Source: Obrimoposthia wandeli (taxonomy: Eukaryota). From it: DNA of 64,000 nucleotides. Numbering within the stretch: the stretch's first letter is position 1; each line of letters starts with the position of its first letter. Under the pieces are notes generated by a model. It saw only the letters and a program-made list of their open reading frames with translations. It ran no database searches and was not told the origin of the DNA. The stretch is from the NCBI GenBank assembly GCA_977020255.1, contig CDROCS010002727.1, positions 496,001 to 560,000 of the forward strand, written 5' to 3'. The position numbers and the translations under genes were made by a program. Below are positions 9,568 to 22,842 of the stretch, one piece after another.

Positions 9568-10559
9568 AATCCAAAATCAAAATTTAATCGTCACCGATTG
9601 AATGAGAAAATCGACATAAAAGAAGATCGAAATCGAAAAGTCAAACCCAAGTTGGAACAAAAAAGAAAAATGAAAAAGTAATGAGCAATTCCCGAGAAAC
9701 ACAAGTTAGCCAAAGAAGGACAAGATAGCCAAAGGACGACAAGCTCGCAAAAGGAGGACAAGCTCACAAAGAAATACAGGCTCACTACAAGAGGATCGAT
9801 TTCATCACGGCACGTGGTTAATAATTTTTAAAAAACTACGATTTTATCCGAACATATATATTTATATATATATATATATTCTAGAGGTCACTATCCCTAT
9901 GTTGAGCAAACAGTTAAAAATAAATTGAGGCATACAAATATATAGATTAAACTTCAGATAGTTTATGAGACATAATTGATAGGTAGAACAAACAAGTACT
10001 ATCATTCTAAAGTACTCACGCACAAGAGACTTTCCTACGAAGTGTTTCAACTCTTGTTCAACATTTTATTAAATCCAATTGTTGTATTTTCTGTATCGAC
10101 AGGAAAACCTCCGGGCAAACTACAAATTTATTTGTATTGAAAGTGTTAAAATATTTTGTATTTTAATATTTTTGTACAATAGAAAAATGTCAGGATCTAT
10201 TTTTTTAAGACGCAAAAGGACTGAATCAGTTATAATCTGTATGATACTTCTGGCTTCTGATTTCATAACTGTCTTCTTCACCATTCAAACTTGCACTTTT
10301 TCAGCCATTCATTCTTTTGAGGAGGATTCCTCTTGAAAACTGAATTAATACCTGTAGTGGATTTAAAAATATATATTATTCTATGTGGGCCTTCATACTG
10401 GTTGATATTCTTGCTTCTTTTAATTACATTCTTTTTAACCAGCATATTTTCGTTATCTTCAAATTTCCTTTTCTTTACTTATCTAACTTCTAACTTTTCA
10501 GCTGCCATTTGTTGGTTCTTCTTCATGTCTTGAAAGATATTTTCGTTATATTTTGCTGT

Positions 10560-11200
10560 TGCATTTTATGTTTGAATTTTTCTGTTTCTTCCATAAATGA
10601 TTTCAAACGAAGAATGTTTGGAAGAACTATTTACTATAGCATTTAAAGAAAATTCAATTTGTAGCAATAAATTGTGCCAGCATTTTTCGGTTTTAGTAGA
10701 CGCTATTGTCGTAACTTTCATATTTCTTACCGTGCCTATAACTCTTTCTGCTAGACCGTTAGCTTGATGTTGATATGGTGATATAAGCTCCTAATCATTA
10801 CCAAAATTTTGTTTCCAATTCTGAAAATAATTATCAGTAAATATTCGTTCTCTATCTGTTAAAATGCTCTTAGGTTTCCCAAATTTATATATCCAATTTA
10901 TCTCAAGTGCTTTAATAATAGTTATTTCATCTTCTTTTGTAGTTGCTGATAGTGATTCCAGTTTATTAAATCGATCGATTACTATCAATATATATTTAAT
11001 TTTAGATCTTCCTTCCTTCATGTGGGCTATGTTAACGACTATTTGATCTAAAAAATTTATTTGACTATAGAAATATATATTTTTTGTTCTGCATTTGTTC
11101 TGCTTTTTTCAATTTTTTTGGTACAATATACGCATTTTGATATGCATTCATTTATTTCTTGAAACAATCCTTTTGTTAGATAATGGAAAATGAATTCAAA
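10560..11200 (-). pseudogene. Gypsy-type retroviral integrase relic
   Basis: CVYC zinc site, YILIVIDRFNK, FGKPKSILTDRE, SPYQHQANGLAERVI, EFSLNA...SSFEIIYG; interrupted by stops. Confidence 0.85.
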
Positions 11201-13059
11201 TAATAAAATGAGTATTTATAGTAAGTTAATAACCTGCGTATAGAAGACTATAAAGTTATAAAATTAAATAAAATTTAAATTAATAATTTTTATTTAAAAT
11301 AAAAATAAAATTTGGAGACTTTGATGGCCTTCATGTATATTAAAGGAAGAAACAGTGTGAAAAAGAGCAAGAAGTAAGAAAGTAACAGATAGTCACGAAA
11401 TTGACCAAACGAAAAATACTAAAAATTCAAAGCGTGCACCGACTTCATACCATTGAGAATCAGTGACAAGAAGTCACTGACACATATCATGCAGCGCGAT
11501 ACCAATCAAGTAGGTATTTAAGGCGAGTTTTTTTTTATCGATTTATACGCTATACTTCAGATGAGATTCAATCAAGTGTAAATCAAGATTAATTGGTTCC
11601 TTGGAATAGGATAGTATCGATAATGAAATCAAACAAGAAAACCAACCACTACAGACATGAACCATTAAGATCAAACAGCAGAATCAACTGCATCAGATGC
11701 GAGTTATTGGGATCAAACAACAATTTCAACCGTATTGGAAGATAAACATTAAAATTGTCCTCAACAAGCATGAGGAATCGGACGAGAAGGAAACGTAAAA
11801 GATAAAGAGATTGTAACATTAATTTAAAATTAAGTAATCGTAAAGGTATTTGATAAATTGTGAAAAAGCAAACAAAAATATATTTGATAAATTATGAAAA
11901 ATCAATTGTAAATATATTTAATAATTTAAAAGAAGTTGAATCTGTAATCATACGATTGTTGAGGATCTGTAGAGCGTCACTGCTCACGACTAATTTGTAA
12001 AAGTTCTATAGGTATAGGTACATAGGTACATTTCGTATAATAGCAATAAGTTTATTCGATCTAAAACGCATAAGACCTTGAAAGTTCCGTTTCTTGTCTT
12101 TGTCCCACAGATTGAATCGACTTTAGTTGAGAGCAATTAAACTATGACCGATCTTTTGGCGAAAAATGGTATCAAAAAACCAGCGAAAAATGGAATTTTA
12201 TAGTATTGAAATATATGTTTTTTATTGAGATTTTACTTATATTATAATCACTGACTTCCACTCTACAAGAACGTGTAAAAACATTTTAAAAATTATTCCT
12301 TGTAACCTAAAACGTTATTTTAGAAAAACGTAATATTTTTACAAATTAAAACAAAAACACTACTTTTTAAAAAGTGGATTAACCTATGAAGGAATTGAAA
12401 TATAAAGTTGAAATTCAACAATGTTGTGGTATTTAAATTGTAGTTTACGACTATATGTATGTTTAATTAAAATTCTGTAGAAATAATATTTTTTTTTTTT
12501 TAAAAAGCGAAATGTTTGCAGGTTGAGATATTTTTTTATAAGAATGTTTGAAATTTGAAATCAGTGTATATATACGAATGATAATGTGAGAACGATGGAA
12601 TAGAAAACCTTATAAAATCCGTTCAGTATTTAAAAAGTTATACTTTTTTTAAAAACCAGTATGGAGCAAATTTATCAAAATGTGCAATATGTGTTAATAA
12701 TTGTATAATAAAATGATTTCCGAAAATATCACAATTAAGTTAATTCTTAGAATTCAGGATTTTTTCTAAAATCAATCAAAACAATGATGGTAGCAGTCAT
12801 ATATCTTCAAATAAATTTGCCAATTGGGATAAAAATTGTCTATAAATTTTCAATAGTTTTATTTTTCGGGAGAATTTATACTGAGTAATTTTTCGCAACT
12901 GCAGAAATAAATAGTCTCAGTTCTTCACATCTGGCATTTCCAACAAAAATCAATAGGTGCACAACATTCAGTGCACACACGAGGGAAAAACTCTGTGAGC
13001 TTAGGGTGTCTTGTATAAAAAAATGAGGTTCAAATAGTAATGACGAGAGGGTTGAATGT

Positions 13060-13240
13060 ACGACATTTATGTATGATAGGAACTTTAAGGAAGATTTTGG
13101 AAACATAGTAATTGATGCAATTGTAGAGATTAGGATGCACACTAATAAAGCTAATCATTGGCGATAAGAGTTTTGTTCAAGTATGAGAGATATACCTAGA
13201 ATAGAGGAGAAACGGTCAATGTCTCGGTGTTTAGATGGGA
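13060..13240. repeat. Dispersed repeat of unknown family (second copy at ~51260-51430)
   Basis: ttttggaaacatagta...gatgca.ttgtagagattaggatgcac...aaagctaatc...ttcaagtatgagagatata is shared by both sites. Confidence 0.7.
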
Positions 13241-13699
13241 GTATTAGATATTAAGGTTGGATAAAGGGTTTCGACACTGTATAAGATTGTTAGCATATTG
13301 GTTAAAGAGGGAAAGCGAATTTATATTAAAAAGTATGGGTAGATTTATGCAAGACCATTTTATTGAAATTTTGAGAATTAGGCAAGATGGTAGTTTTAAT
13401 GTAATTCCAATCAAGGTTGCTTTGAATAAAAATATCATCTTATATATCTTGTTTGACTTATTTAATGAAAAGTGTTTAACGACTCAGTTACAAGATAAAT
13501 AATTAAGTTTCATTAGATTAATAACAGTGAAAGACTAAAAAAGGTAGTATAAGATAAAATACGATTTAGAAATGACAAAATATGTCTTGAAAGTCATAGC
13601 TAAGTTCTTAAAGATAAGATTAATTAATTTTGGTTACAACAAAATGGAAAGCCCCTACCTAACGGTCAGTTGAAAATTAAATTAATTAATATTAATTTA

Positions 13700-16546
13700 A
13701 AATTATGTGGAGGTTAAGTTGAGTCAGTTAATCAAACAAAAACGAATATGGAAAGGTATGTTGACAAAGGCTAGAAACACTGCATTGGATCAACAAGAAA
13801 GAGAACAGCTAAGAGGAAGTAGAAAGATGCAGAGATTGTTTTCTAAAAACGTTAACACAATTATATGCTATTTAGACGTTTGCAGGGACATTACATATGG
13901 AGGATAGACAAAAGATAGAAAAGGATGTCACTGGAATAACCAACTTGTATGAGGAATTTAAAAAGAAGCATAAACGACATTTAGAGGAAAGATCTACAAT
14001 GAAATTATATAAATTAGAGGTTGTCAAGCGACGTAGAATTATAGGTGTACATAGAGTTCATGGACAATTGAAAAAGTTCAAGTTTCATAGTTTAAATAGA
14101 AAAGCTTATGAATTTCAGAGATGGAAAGCCATATTTAACGCTTCATTAAATAATGTAGAATGAGATAAATAGGAAAAAAACTGTTTAGCTTAATAGATAA
14201 TCTACATTTCATATCAGAATCATATGATAAAGCACTTTGACGATAAGACAGAAAGTACGGTGTTAGAGAAAGACATTATAGAAACTTGTTAGAATATATC
14301 AATAAATAAAAGCCTGTACAAAGTGGAGATAGTAAGGACATAGAAAGTTTTGCAGAAATCGTAGAAACATTAATAATTGGAATGAAATATTTAGAAAAAG
14401 AAAATGAGTTACAAATTTGATTTCTATTTCAAAAGATTTTGCACAATCTATCACAAATTAAAATAATAAATTGAACTAGATAAATAGGATCTGAAGATTT
14501 AGACGAAAATTATAGAAATCGGTTAAAATAGGCCCAGCAAGAAACGTAAGATTTTAGAAATTCAGAAGAGATTTTAAGATATTAAAAAAGTGATTATAAG
14601 CATACCTTTTTTAGTAGAACAAATGAAATTGACGTTAAAGAAACAAATTTTTTTAAATCAAAGATGGTACAGATCGTAATAAACAATGCTTAATGTGTAG
14701 TAAAAGTCATTAAACTGATTAGTGCGAAACATTTAAGCAAATGAAAGTATAGGAACGAATAAATGGGGTTAAAAATGTGGGTATTTTTATTAATTGTTTA
14801 AAAAGAGACACTGGGCTAGAGATTGTAGACATGCAAAATTATGTCAAAAAGCATGTATCTTTAATCATCATTGGTTGTTACACATAGATAACTTCAATGA
14901 TTTAAAGTCTGAAAAATTTCAATGGACAGGAGATATCTTACTTAACAAGATACATAAGTTGTAAAAATCAAATTGTAGCACAAAGAATAATTTATATTAT
15001 AAAACGTAATGGAAATAGAGAAATTACGATAAATGCTCTACTTGATGATGTTAGTACAGCCAGTTTTGTTAGTGACAAGGTTGCTGACTATCTAAATTTA
15101 AAATGCCACATGAAGTCAATACATATTGGAACGATTGGAGGAAGAAAGAAGTTTTAAGTTGTCGGGAGGTAGCTGCAAAATTCAAAGTTATAATAGACAA
15201 AAGTAAATTTCTAAATATTTTGACGATTAAGCAAGAAGCAGTCGAATTAAATGTAATTTATTGGGCAGATGTAGCAAGAAATTGGAATCATCTACAAGAG
15301 ATAAGGTTTCCTTAGATAGGAAAAGCAAGACAAGTCGATATGCTCCTTGGTGCTGACAAAATTGAATTATAACGGTAAATTAGAGAAATTGTTAGAAATT
15401 GAAGGGATCCTGTAGTCAGATTAACTCCACTACGAAAGATATGCGTAAGGAAAGTAAAGGTGACCAACGATGTACAAAATAAAACAATTTTCATTGATGC
15501 ATTTTCCACAAATGCTTAACTTGACTTTCAATTAAGATGATTTTGAAAAATAGAAAATGTTGAAAACGAAGAATATCAGAGGTTTAAAACTAAAAGAAAA
15601 ATGCTTATAAATTTGATTAGACCTTACCAAGAGTTATTGAAAACATAGACGACACATTAGATTTGGTTGAATCAGTGAAATAAGCAATAAGTTTGGAAAT
15701 GTTTTGAGTGAAGTTGGGAAAGAAACTGAAATGGTGGCGAAGTGGATTAGCGATGCTTGCTAGGTAAATCATATTACTGCAGTAGACGAAAGAGCAGGAG
15801 TGACTCCTTTAAAACCATTAAGTATTCTAAGAATATAACTAATAGCAGCATGCAAAAGGTTCAATTGACAAAGTTAATTGTAAGCGATGGAAAGAAAGGC
15901 GTCAGATAAGTTTTGTTTTGGAATAATAGTAAGACCATGCTATGGTGGATAAAACAACCCAGTAGGTGATATAAAACGTTTGTAGTTAATAGGATAGAAT
16001 ACAAAAAGTTTCAAATTCTGAGAAATGGCTATGTGTACCGTTTCAACAAAAATTGTGTCTCGTGGTAATGATGCATTTATGGTAATGGATTATGGGTGCA
16101 TGAACCACAATTTCCACGAAGGAGTGACATAGGATGGCCATCAAGTTTTCATTTTCAAATCAAGAAGGAAGATATAGAAGAGATTCAGATTGTTCTCAAG
16201 TAGGGATTTGTTCCAGATTTGGCGAATTGTTGAAAGTACAAGCTTGGATTGTGCGTATTGATAATTGTGAGGTTAGACAGATGAAACAGAAGACTAAAAA
16301 ATGAAGCATTGAGGAATTTAGAAAAATATAGGTGCAACAGATGTTGTGCAAGGAAAGGTATCCTCTGAAATATATGTTTTATTTTTAATTTTAGACAATA
16401 AAAATGAAATTGGTTTTTCGCCGTTAACAAAGGTGGTCGAATTGATGCCAGTTAGTGATGGTAAGGTTAGGATTGCGAGAGTAAGAAGTCAAGATAAAGA
16501 GATAGTTAGGGAAATTCGTAAGTTATGTTTGATAACTGCGGATTAA
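13700..16546 (+). pseudogene. Degenerate BEL/Pao LTR retrotransposon gag-pol
   Basis: Protease INALLDD.S.ASF; WNHL...DMLLGAD...PVVRLTPL; RNaseH-region WNNSKTMLWWIKQPS...KTFVVNR; C-terminal KVVELMP.SDGKVRIARVR...REIRKLCL. Many stops. The 5' boundary is approximate. Confidence 0.8.
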
Positions 16547-18231
16547 GGTTGTATGTAGAATTTAAGTAGGTAGTTTTAAGTAGTCAGAAGCAGGCTGAGT
16601 TATGAATAGTTTGAAGCGATTTTTTAAGATATCTTGTGGTTGAGGTTGTGCTTGCTGTGTGTCTGGCTATATAATAATTTTTTATAAGTCAGTTTTTGTT
16701 GTCAGAAAAGAAGGTGTGAATTTATTATTGTTTGAAGTTTTGTCAGTCAGAGTTTTTACAGTAGATTTGAAGAAAGAAATTCGTAATGATCAATAAAGAA
16801 AAGAAGAAAATTAATGTACAGCATTCTGCAATAACAATTTATCGACTTGATAATTTTAAATCATTTATTTAATGTTTTTATTTTAGCGACTGTTCTTATC
16901 AAAAGTTATTCGACTGTGAACGTTAATTAATCAATGATGTAATACAGAAAGTAATTTTTTTAATGAATCATTTTTCAACTCGTAATATGTCTTGGATCGA
17001 TATTTTATTTAAAATCATTAAACTGTATCAAATTTATTATATAGAGTTTTCGTAAGGTAACTAAAACAAGTAAATTGAAATCTTACGTGGAAAACGAATT
17101 TTATTCTAATAACTGGAATAAACAATAATGATCATTTTGAGGTTTTGTTAATTATAAATCGGATAAATGTGACCTCCTTTCCTCAGGACACAAAATTTTA
17201 GTCGTGAAATCATGCATTTTACAGTGAACTTGAGCATATCTACCGGTTTTTGAACGATTACAGACTATGCTTTCTTTCAGAAGGTCCAAAGTATCATGTT
17301 TAGAAACAAAGATATTTTCGTTTTAATTATCACCTTTTATTGAATATGAGGCAGCAAATTGACCATATGCTGTCTCAGATGTCGAGACTTGTCTTCTATA
17401 TACTTTCTTCTACTATACCACACGAGTTGTGGTTCTTCGGGAGACTATATTAGAAATAGAGGTCACCCTAGGTTAATTAACTGCTACATTTACCAACATG
17501 GAGTTAATTACTTCCTTGTTTCTGGTAGTTTTGTCCATTCGATTTTAATTTTAGACTTTTATCATTTCATGTAAGAAAATGATGATATTGATTGATGAAA
17601 ACAAACATATTCATTTATATTTTTTAAAGTTAATTTTCGAAAACTGTTTATTGTAAAGTTATTTACAAAATTGTATATTTATATAAAACTCAATTAATAT
17701 TAATTTTTCAATACTGAATTTTACGAATATTTAAGATACAATTAACCAAAATTTACGCTTTTCAAAATTTTACTTTGAATTCAAGACATTTCTACTCCAT
17801 TCATTAATTGAAATTACTTGCGATGCTCATTTTTATTTAAAAATTATACTTTTTCTGATAATTTTTAACTCTATTACAGAAACGAAAAATATAATTGTCG
17901 TAGATTAATTGAAAACTAATAACAAAACATATTAAAAAAATGATGACAATAGATTTTGAGATTCCAAACTTCAATTTTTATTCAGTTAAAAATAGTTATT
18001 ATAAATATTTTGCCTTTTTAACATTACTTAAAAAATTATTTACACTTTATTTCTCTTCAGTTCCAATTTTTAAATATTATGAAAATCTGCAATTTACACC
18101 TATGTATTATTTATTTAATTAATTCTAAGCTAAGCATTGAGTTATTCTATTTCCGCTTACTTTTAATAATATTAATTATATAGTAACCCCAGTTTTAAAT
18201 GCAGTGAATATGTATTGGTGGATTTCTACGG

Positions 18232-18758
18232 TCAGGCGTAGTTGCCCTTGTAACGGGATTCACGGCGATGGAGCAGCTGACAGAGCGGCAGAGACTCGTA
18301 TAGAGAGGGACAAATGATGGAAATCTGCTTGTCGAGTTCCGAGTAGATGATGGCCAACTTCACCAGTGTGTCCGGGTGGTAGCTGTAATATATCTTCATC
18401 TGGAGGAAAAAGAGCCGCAGCTGGTGTATGAAGTGCTCGTAGTCATGGTAACGGCCATCATGTACTGCTTGTCCTATTTGTTGCAGAGAGAGCAGTTCGT
18501 GTTTGTACAAGCCTGTGTTCTCGAGAATCGGCCGCAACAAAATCGAGCTGTACCGATGCTCCTGAACCATCCGTGTTAGGTTGCGCATAACTTTCTTTTT
18601 GCTCTCATTCACCGAGCACGAGCCGCCACTGCTGCTGCTGACGGGAGTCACTCCTCCACCCCCAGCTACCGCTGAAGACGACATCGACGTTGGCAGATCT
18701 TCCACCGCAGACACCACCGCCACCGCTGCACACATAAGAGGCTCGTCACACGGGAATG
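18232..18758 (-). CDS. BRD8: BRD8-like gene, last exon (divergent bromodomain)
   Basis: KKVMRNLTRMVQEHRYSSILLRPI...LSLQQI...FIHQLRLFFLQMKIYY resembles the BRD8 bromodomain (WRAAANHRYANVFLQPV...MFQNAVMYN). Acceptor ttctcagatag gives the phase 1 needed by the previous exon. Confidence 0.75.
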
Positions 18759-19069
18759 CTATCTGAGAATCTTATGCTAATAAATGCTGAATGAATTTTA
18801 AATTCGTCGGCCTGTTGAATTTACTATAATTTTGTTTGCTTACAGTAAGCTTATGATAGCGATTATTAAAACATACTTGCTAATGCGGAATATTAAATAT
18901 ATCAATGGTAATTCTCAAAATTAAAATTCTACTACTTGTAATTTGTATGAAGTAGTTGTGCGATTGATTAACTGTATTTTCAATAAATGGAAACAAGGGA
19001 AATATTAATTGCACTGTGTTTTATAGAATCATTCACTAAGTCTGTGTCTGGCTGCTTTGTAGGACTCAC

Positions 19070-19480
19070 AATTGTAGCTCTGCCGTGTGGAGGGTGGCTG
19101 GCTGTCAATACCAGACTTTCTGCCCGCCCCGCGTCGTCTCCGCTTTTGGGGAGGCGGCTTTTGTGTGGCAGCAGTCGCTTGCTCGAGCTCGCTGTTCACG
19201 AAAGTAACAGTGATATCATCAAAGTCATCTCCAGTGAATATGGTCGAGGTGCCACCGACCGAGGGAGAGTGGTCAGCAGCGGTCGCGGTAACCTGCGCAA
19301 ATGTCGAGCTGACGGCTACCGGGAGTCCGTGCTGACTGCTGGCAGCACTGCTGCAGCTCAGACTCGTGGTCACCGTCACAACGTTGTCTAGCTCGCTCGG
19401 CGGCAGGCACTCATCGATCTTTGTGGTAGTTGAAATCAGAAACGGTTCAAGTTTCTGAACTTGTGCTGTGACCTCACAGA
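19070..19480 (-). CDS. BRD8: BRD8-like gene, exon 3 (low complexity, NLS-like KRRRR)
   Basis: GC-rich open frame bounded by acceptor ttcgtcag and donor GTGAGT; phase 1 at both ends. Confidence 0.65.
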
Positions 19481-20937
19481 CTGACGAACAGATATTATCA
19501 TATATAGCATTAACAAAATTTTAATTAAATTCCTTTTCATGTTTACAAAGCAAGTCAGTGATGCTGATTTAAATAAATGTCTCGTTTTATTGTAGCGTCC
19601 GTTATAAATAAAGTTATCCTAGGTTACCGTTTTTTCTTTCAAAATTTGTGGAAAAAATGCATATACTTAATTAATACGCGTGTATTGTTTTTTAAATATG
19701 TCATGGAAATAACATTGAATAAACTATGTACAAACTCAATATCATATTTTAATGTCACTGTTTGTCTATCATTTTATCCAATTATTATTTGAATACCTGT
19801 ACATAAGTATCATGTAGTATTTCATGAATAAAAACCTGACTAGAGCTTTGAGGACAGTAAACGAATTATTAAGTGTAAAATTTTATTTTCACGACTTTCA
19901 ATATAACATAGTAAATATATCTTTTAGATTCATGCAGGTGATTTTTGTTTTATATTTAGATACAATCTTCATTTATTGTGTTAAGACTTATTTTAAATTA
20001 CAAATAAACAATTGATGCCATAATTATTTTTCGTGGAAATTACTAGAAAAGCGACAAAAATAAAAATAATTACTAAAATACGACCGATTTACAAAGAACA
20101 AATATAAATATATATTCAAATTCAAATACAAAAAGTTTACTTTATCATCGTTTTTGTAGATCGAATAGAAACGATTGTGTGCACGGGGAAAGAAAGTATT
20201 CTGACGAGACCATTACTGAATTTTAAATGTAAATAAACAGCATAATCACCCATAAAAAATATGTTAAAAGAGCAATGGTATGATTTTTTAAAAGTATTTT
20301 AATATAATTTTTGTCTTATTTGCAAATCGGTATTATTTAGTAATTATTTTTATTTTGATGCTATTTGATGCTATTACAAAGGACTTAGATGGGCCTGATA
20401 TTGTAAATAAATACGAGTTTATCGACAGAATCCGAGAAAATATTAATAAGATATATGCTGAATCTAAGAGGATAGGTTTGCTCTATGCCAAAGAAAACAC
20501 CTATCAAATGTGCATTTTAAAACTTATTCTAAACTGTGTTATATATATATATATTTAGTGCAATACATTCTAGTTATTCAAAATATTTTTGTAAAGAAAG
20601 TAGGTAGATATGTCCCTCCTGATGTTACAATGAAGCATGAAGTAGAGATTATTTCAACATCTAGTAAATTATGACTTGGTTCTACAAAACTTTATTGAGA
20701 ATCACAGTACAAAAATATGATACTATTTTCATAATCATTAAATAAACATTATAAAATATTGATAAACACACGAACAAATTATATTTTGTTACACTGAGTG
20801 ATAAATTAATTATAAAAATATACATTAACAGCAAAAGTTAGGAATCTGCCGAAACAAACATTCATTAATAAACTATTTGGTTGATAAACAGACAATGGAG
20901 TCCTAAAATTCCAATGATAGATCCCTTCGAGAACGTC

Positions 20938-21475
20938 AGAAGTATAAAGTGTCGGTTCTAAAACAATAGCACACAAAGCCCCCCCCCGAACAAGGCACAA
21001 AGAACAAAGCACATCTGGAATTCGCTTAGTCATACAGATGTGCTTTGTTCCTTGTGCCTTGTTCGGGGGGGGGGGCTTTGTGTGCTATTGTTTGAGAACC
21101 GACACTTTACGTTTTGAAATTTGATTGGTCTTATGCGTCACTTACGATTATGTAGGTTAATATTCTGTAACATTAAGTATATAGTTCAAAAATTTTAATT
21201 CAAAATTAAAAAATTAAATTAAAAAATTAAAAAATTAAATATTGAAATTAAAAAATAAAATATGGAAATTAAAAAATTAAAATTTTAATTCAAAAATGAA
21301 ATATGAAAAAATTAAAATTTTGAAATTAAACACAATTTACCGTCCCAAATTTTTATTTGCAACTATTTAATTTACTTAGTACTGCGACCTCATTCCAGGA
21401 GTTAGACTGCCCCGCATAACCGGACCGCTATCGCAGTTTTTATCATAAGAAACGTTATTGTTTATAGTAGGAGTC
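20938..21475 (+). repeat. Left TIR: 165-bp hairpin (20945-21109), AT-rich tract and 55-bp structured motif
   Basis: Reverse complement of 30439-30970, with a few substitutions and indels. Confidence 0.95.
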
Positions 21476-21530
21476 CATATTTATATAATGAAGAAAGCAA
21501 AGTAACATCGATAAATATATATTAGCACAA

Positions 21531-22310
21531 TTATAAGCGAACTTGTCCATCAGTAATTTTCCAGATTGGTTTATGAAGACCTGTACAGTTGATTTTGTAT
21601 CCCTGTATTGAAATGACGATCATCCACTTGAGTCCAGTTCCCATATTGTCAACATTAAAGTCGTGATCTCGCATGAAAAGATTAGGATCAGCTCGAATTA
21701 TTATATGATTCCCAACTATAATGTTGAGATGCATCGACGCGAAAGTTTTGTTAAGATCATCAATATCTGACGGATTTAATCTATGTATCTTGAAATCGTA
21801 TTTTGACTTATTCAGAGCCACCGGAAACATGAATCCATATATGATTGGAGTCTTCAAAAAATTCATTTGCCAGTTATAAAACATAACCGGCTTGGTGTAC
21901 TTCAAATTGTTAGACTCAAATATTACACCTGATGGTCTATTGTTAATGAACGGTTTCTTATGTTTGTGTGTAGAAACTATATCATCAATAAAGAGATCCT
22001 CATTTGTTGCTTGCTTCTCAAAATTGATAGTCTTGGTTTGTTTGTGGTTGTTGCTTGTCATAGTTTGCTTCTTTGGTTTTGATATTAAAACTACATCATC
22101 ATCATCGGTATCCACATCTGTGTCTGTAAGCCTTGTTGGTGGGGGCTTCTCGAACTTAAGAGATTTAGTTTGTTTAGAGTTCATATCAAAATAATGAATT
22201 CTATACCAAAAGTGGTAGCTTATATATATCATCATACTCGATTCTGATTGGATAATCTTTAGCTTAAAAATTTTATATATAGATTGGGTTATTTCCATTA
22301 ATTCAATCAT
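21531..22310 (-). CDS. Element ORF A, unknown (probable start MNSKQ at 22183); possible ssDNA-binding/OB-fold protein
   Basis: Intact ORF with an acidic/basic N-terminus and a beta-rich C-terminus (KWMIVISIQGYKIN...KPIWKITDGQV). The function is only a guess. Confidence 0.55.
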   Translation of the reverse strand: MIELMEITQSIYKIFKLKIIQSESSMMIYISYHFWYRIHYFDMNSKQTKSLKFEKPPPTRLTDTDVDTDDDDVVLISKPKKQTMTSNNHKQTKTINFEKQATNEDLFIDDIVSTHKHKKPFINNRPSGVIFESNNLKYTKPVMFYNWQMNFLKTPIIYGFMFPVALNKSKYDFKIHRLNPSDIDDLNKTFASMHLNIIVGNHIIIRADPNLFMRDHDFNVDNMGTGLKWMIVISIQGYKINCTGLHKPIWKITDGQVRL

Positions 22311-22800
22311 GAATCTTGCAAATATTAATTATAAAGGTAAAGTTAAAGGAGACATCAGTCACTTACCCTTCAAAACCGGGAAACCATGTCAGTACGTGCA
22401 CAGGTGTAAGGATTATACCCTTATAATCTTCCGTTCAGGTATGTTTTTATGTTAGTTAGTTAGTTATTTATTATTAGGAGCATGCAGGATAATGGGTTGC
22501 AAGAAACATATTACTACAACTATGCTCAAGTGTCCATTTAGAATAAAGATTGATCGTATTCAATCAGTAACGGTTACTGTCGATTTAGGTAAGAAGGTGA
22601 ACCTATACAAGTTGTCTCAAAAGTGTGGAGCTGCATGCATGTTCGAACCTGAGTTGTTTCCTGCTTTGAGGTTTACAAAACACAATCCTCTGTGCGTCAA
22701 CATATTTGCAAGCGGGAAAGTGGTCATACTCGGTCTCAAGGATTTGGATTATCACTTTGATGTGACTTTGATAATAACTGATATTCTACTTTTGATATAA
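22309..22800 (+). CDS. Minimal TATA-binding-protein-like gene, two exons (22309-22438 and 22478-22800)
   Basis: Removing a 39-nt GT..AG intron gives YTLIIFRSGACRIMG (TBP repeat 1, cf. ALIFSSGKMVCTG). Repeat 2 reads FEPELFPAL...VNIFASGKVVILGLK (cf. YEPELFPGL...LIFVSGKVVLTGAK). Confidence 0.88.
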
Positions 22801-22842
22801 ACAATAAATTTTAGTTGAATTTTTATTCTTACATGATTTGAA

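Noticed and set aside
18987-19391. Plus-strand ORFs opposite the GC-rich exons (also 18376-18766 and 31245-31610)
   Set aside because: Stop-poor antisense frames of the BRD8-like exons.
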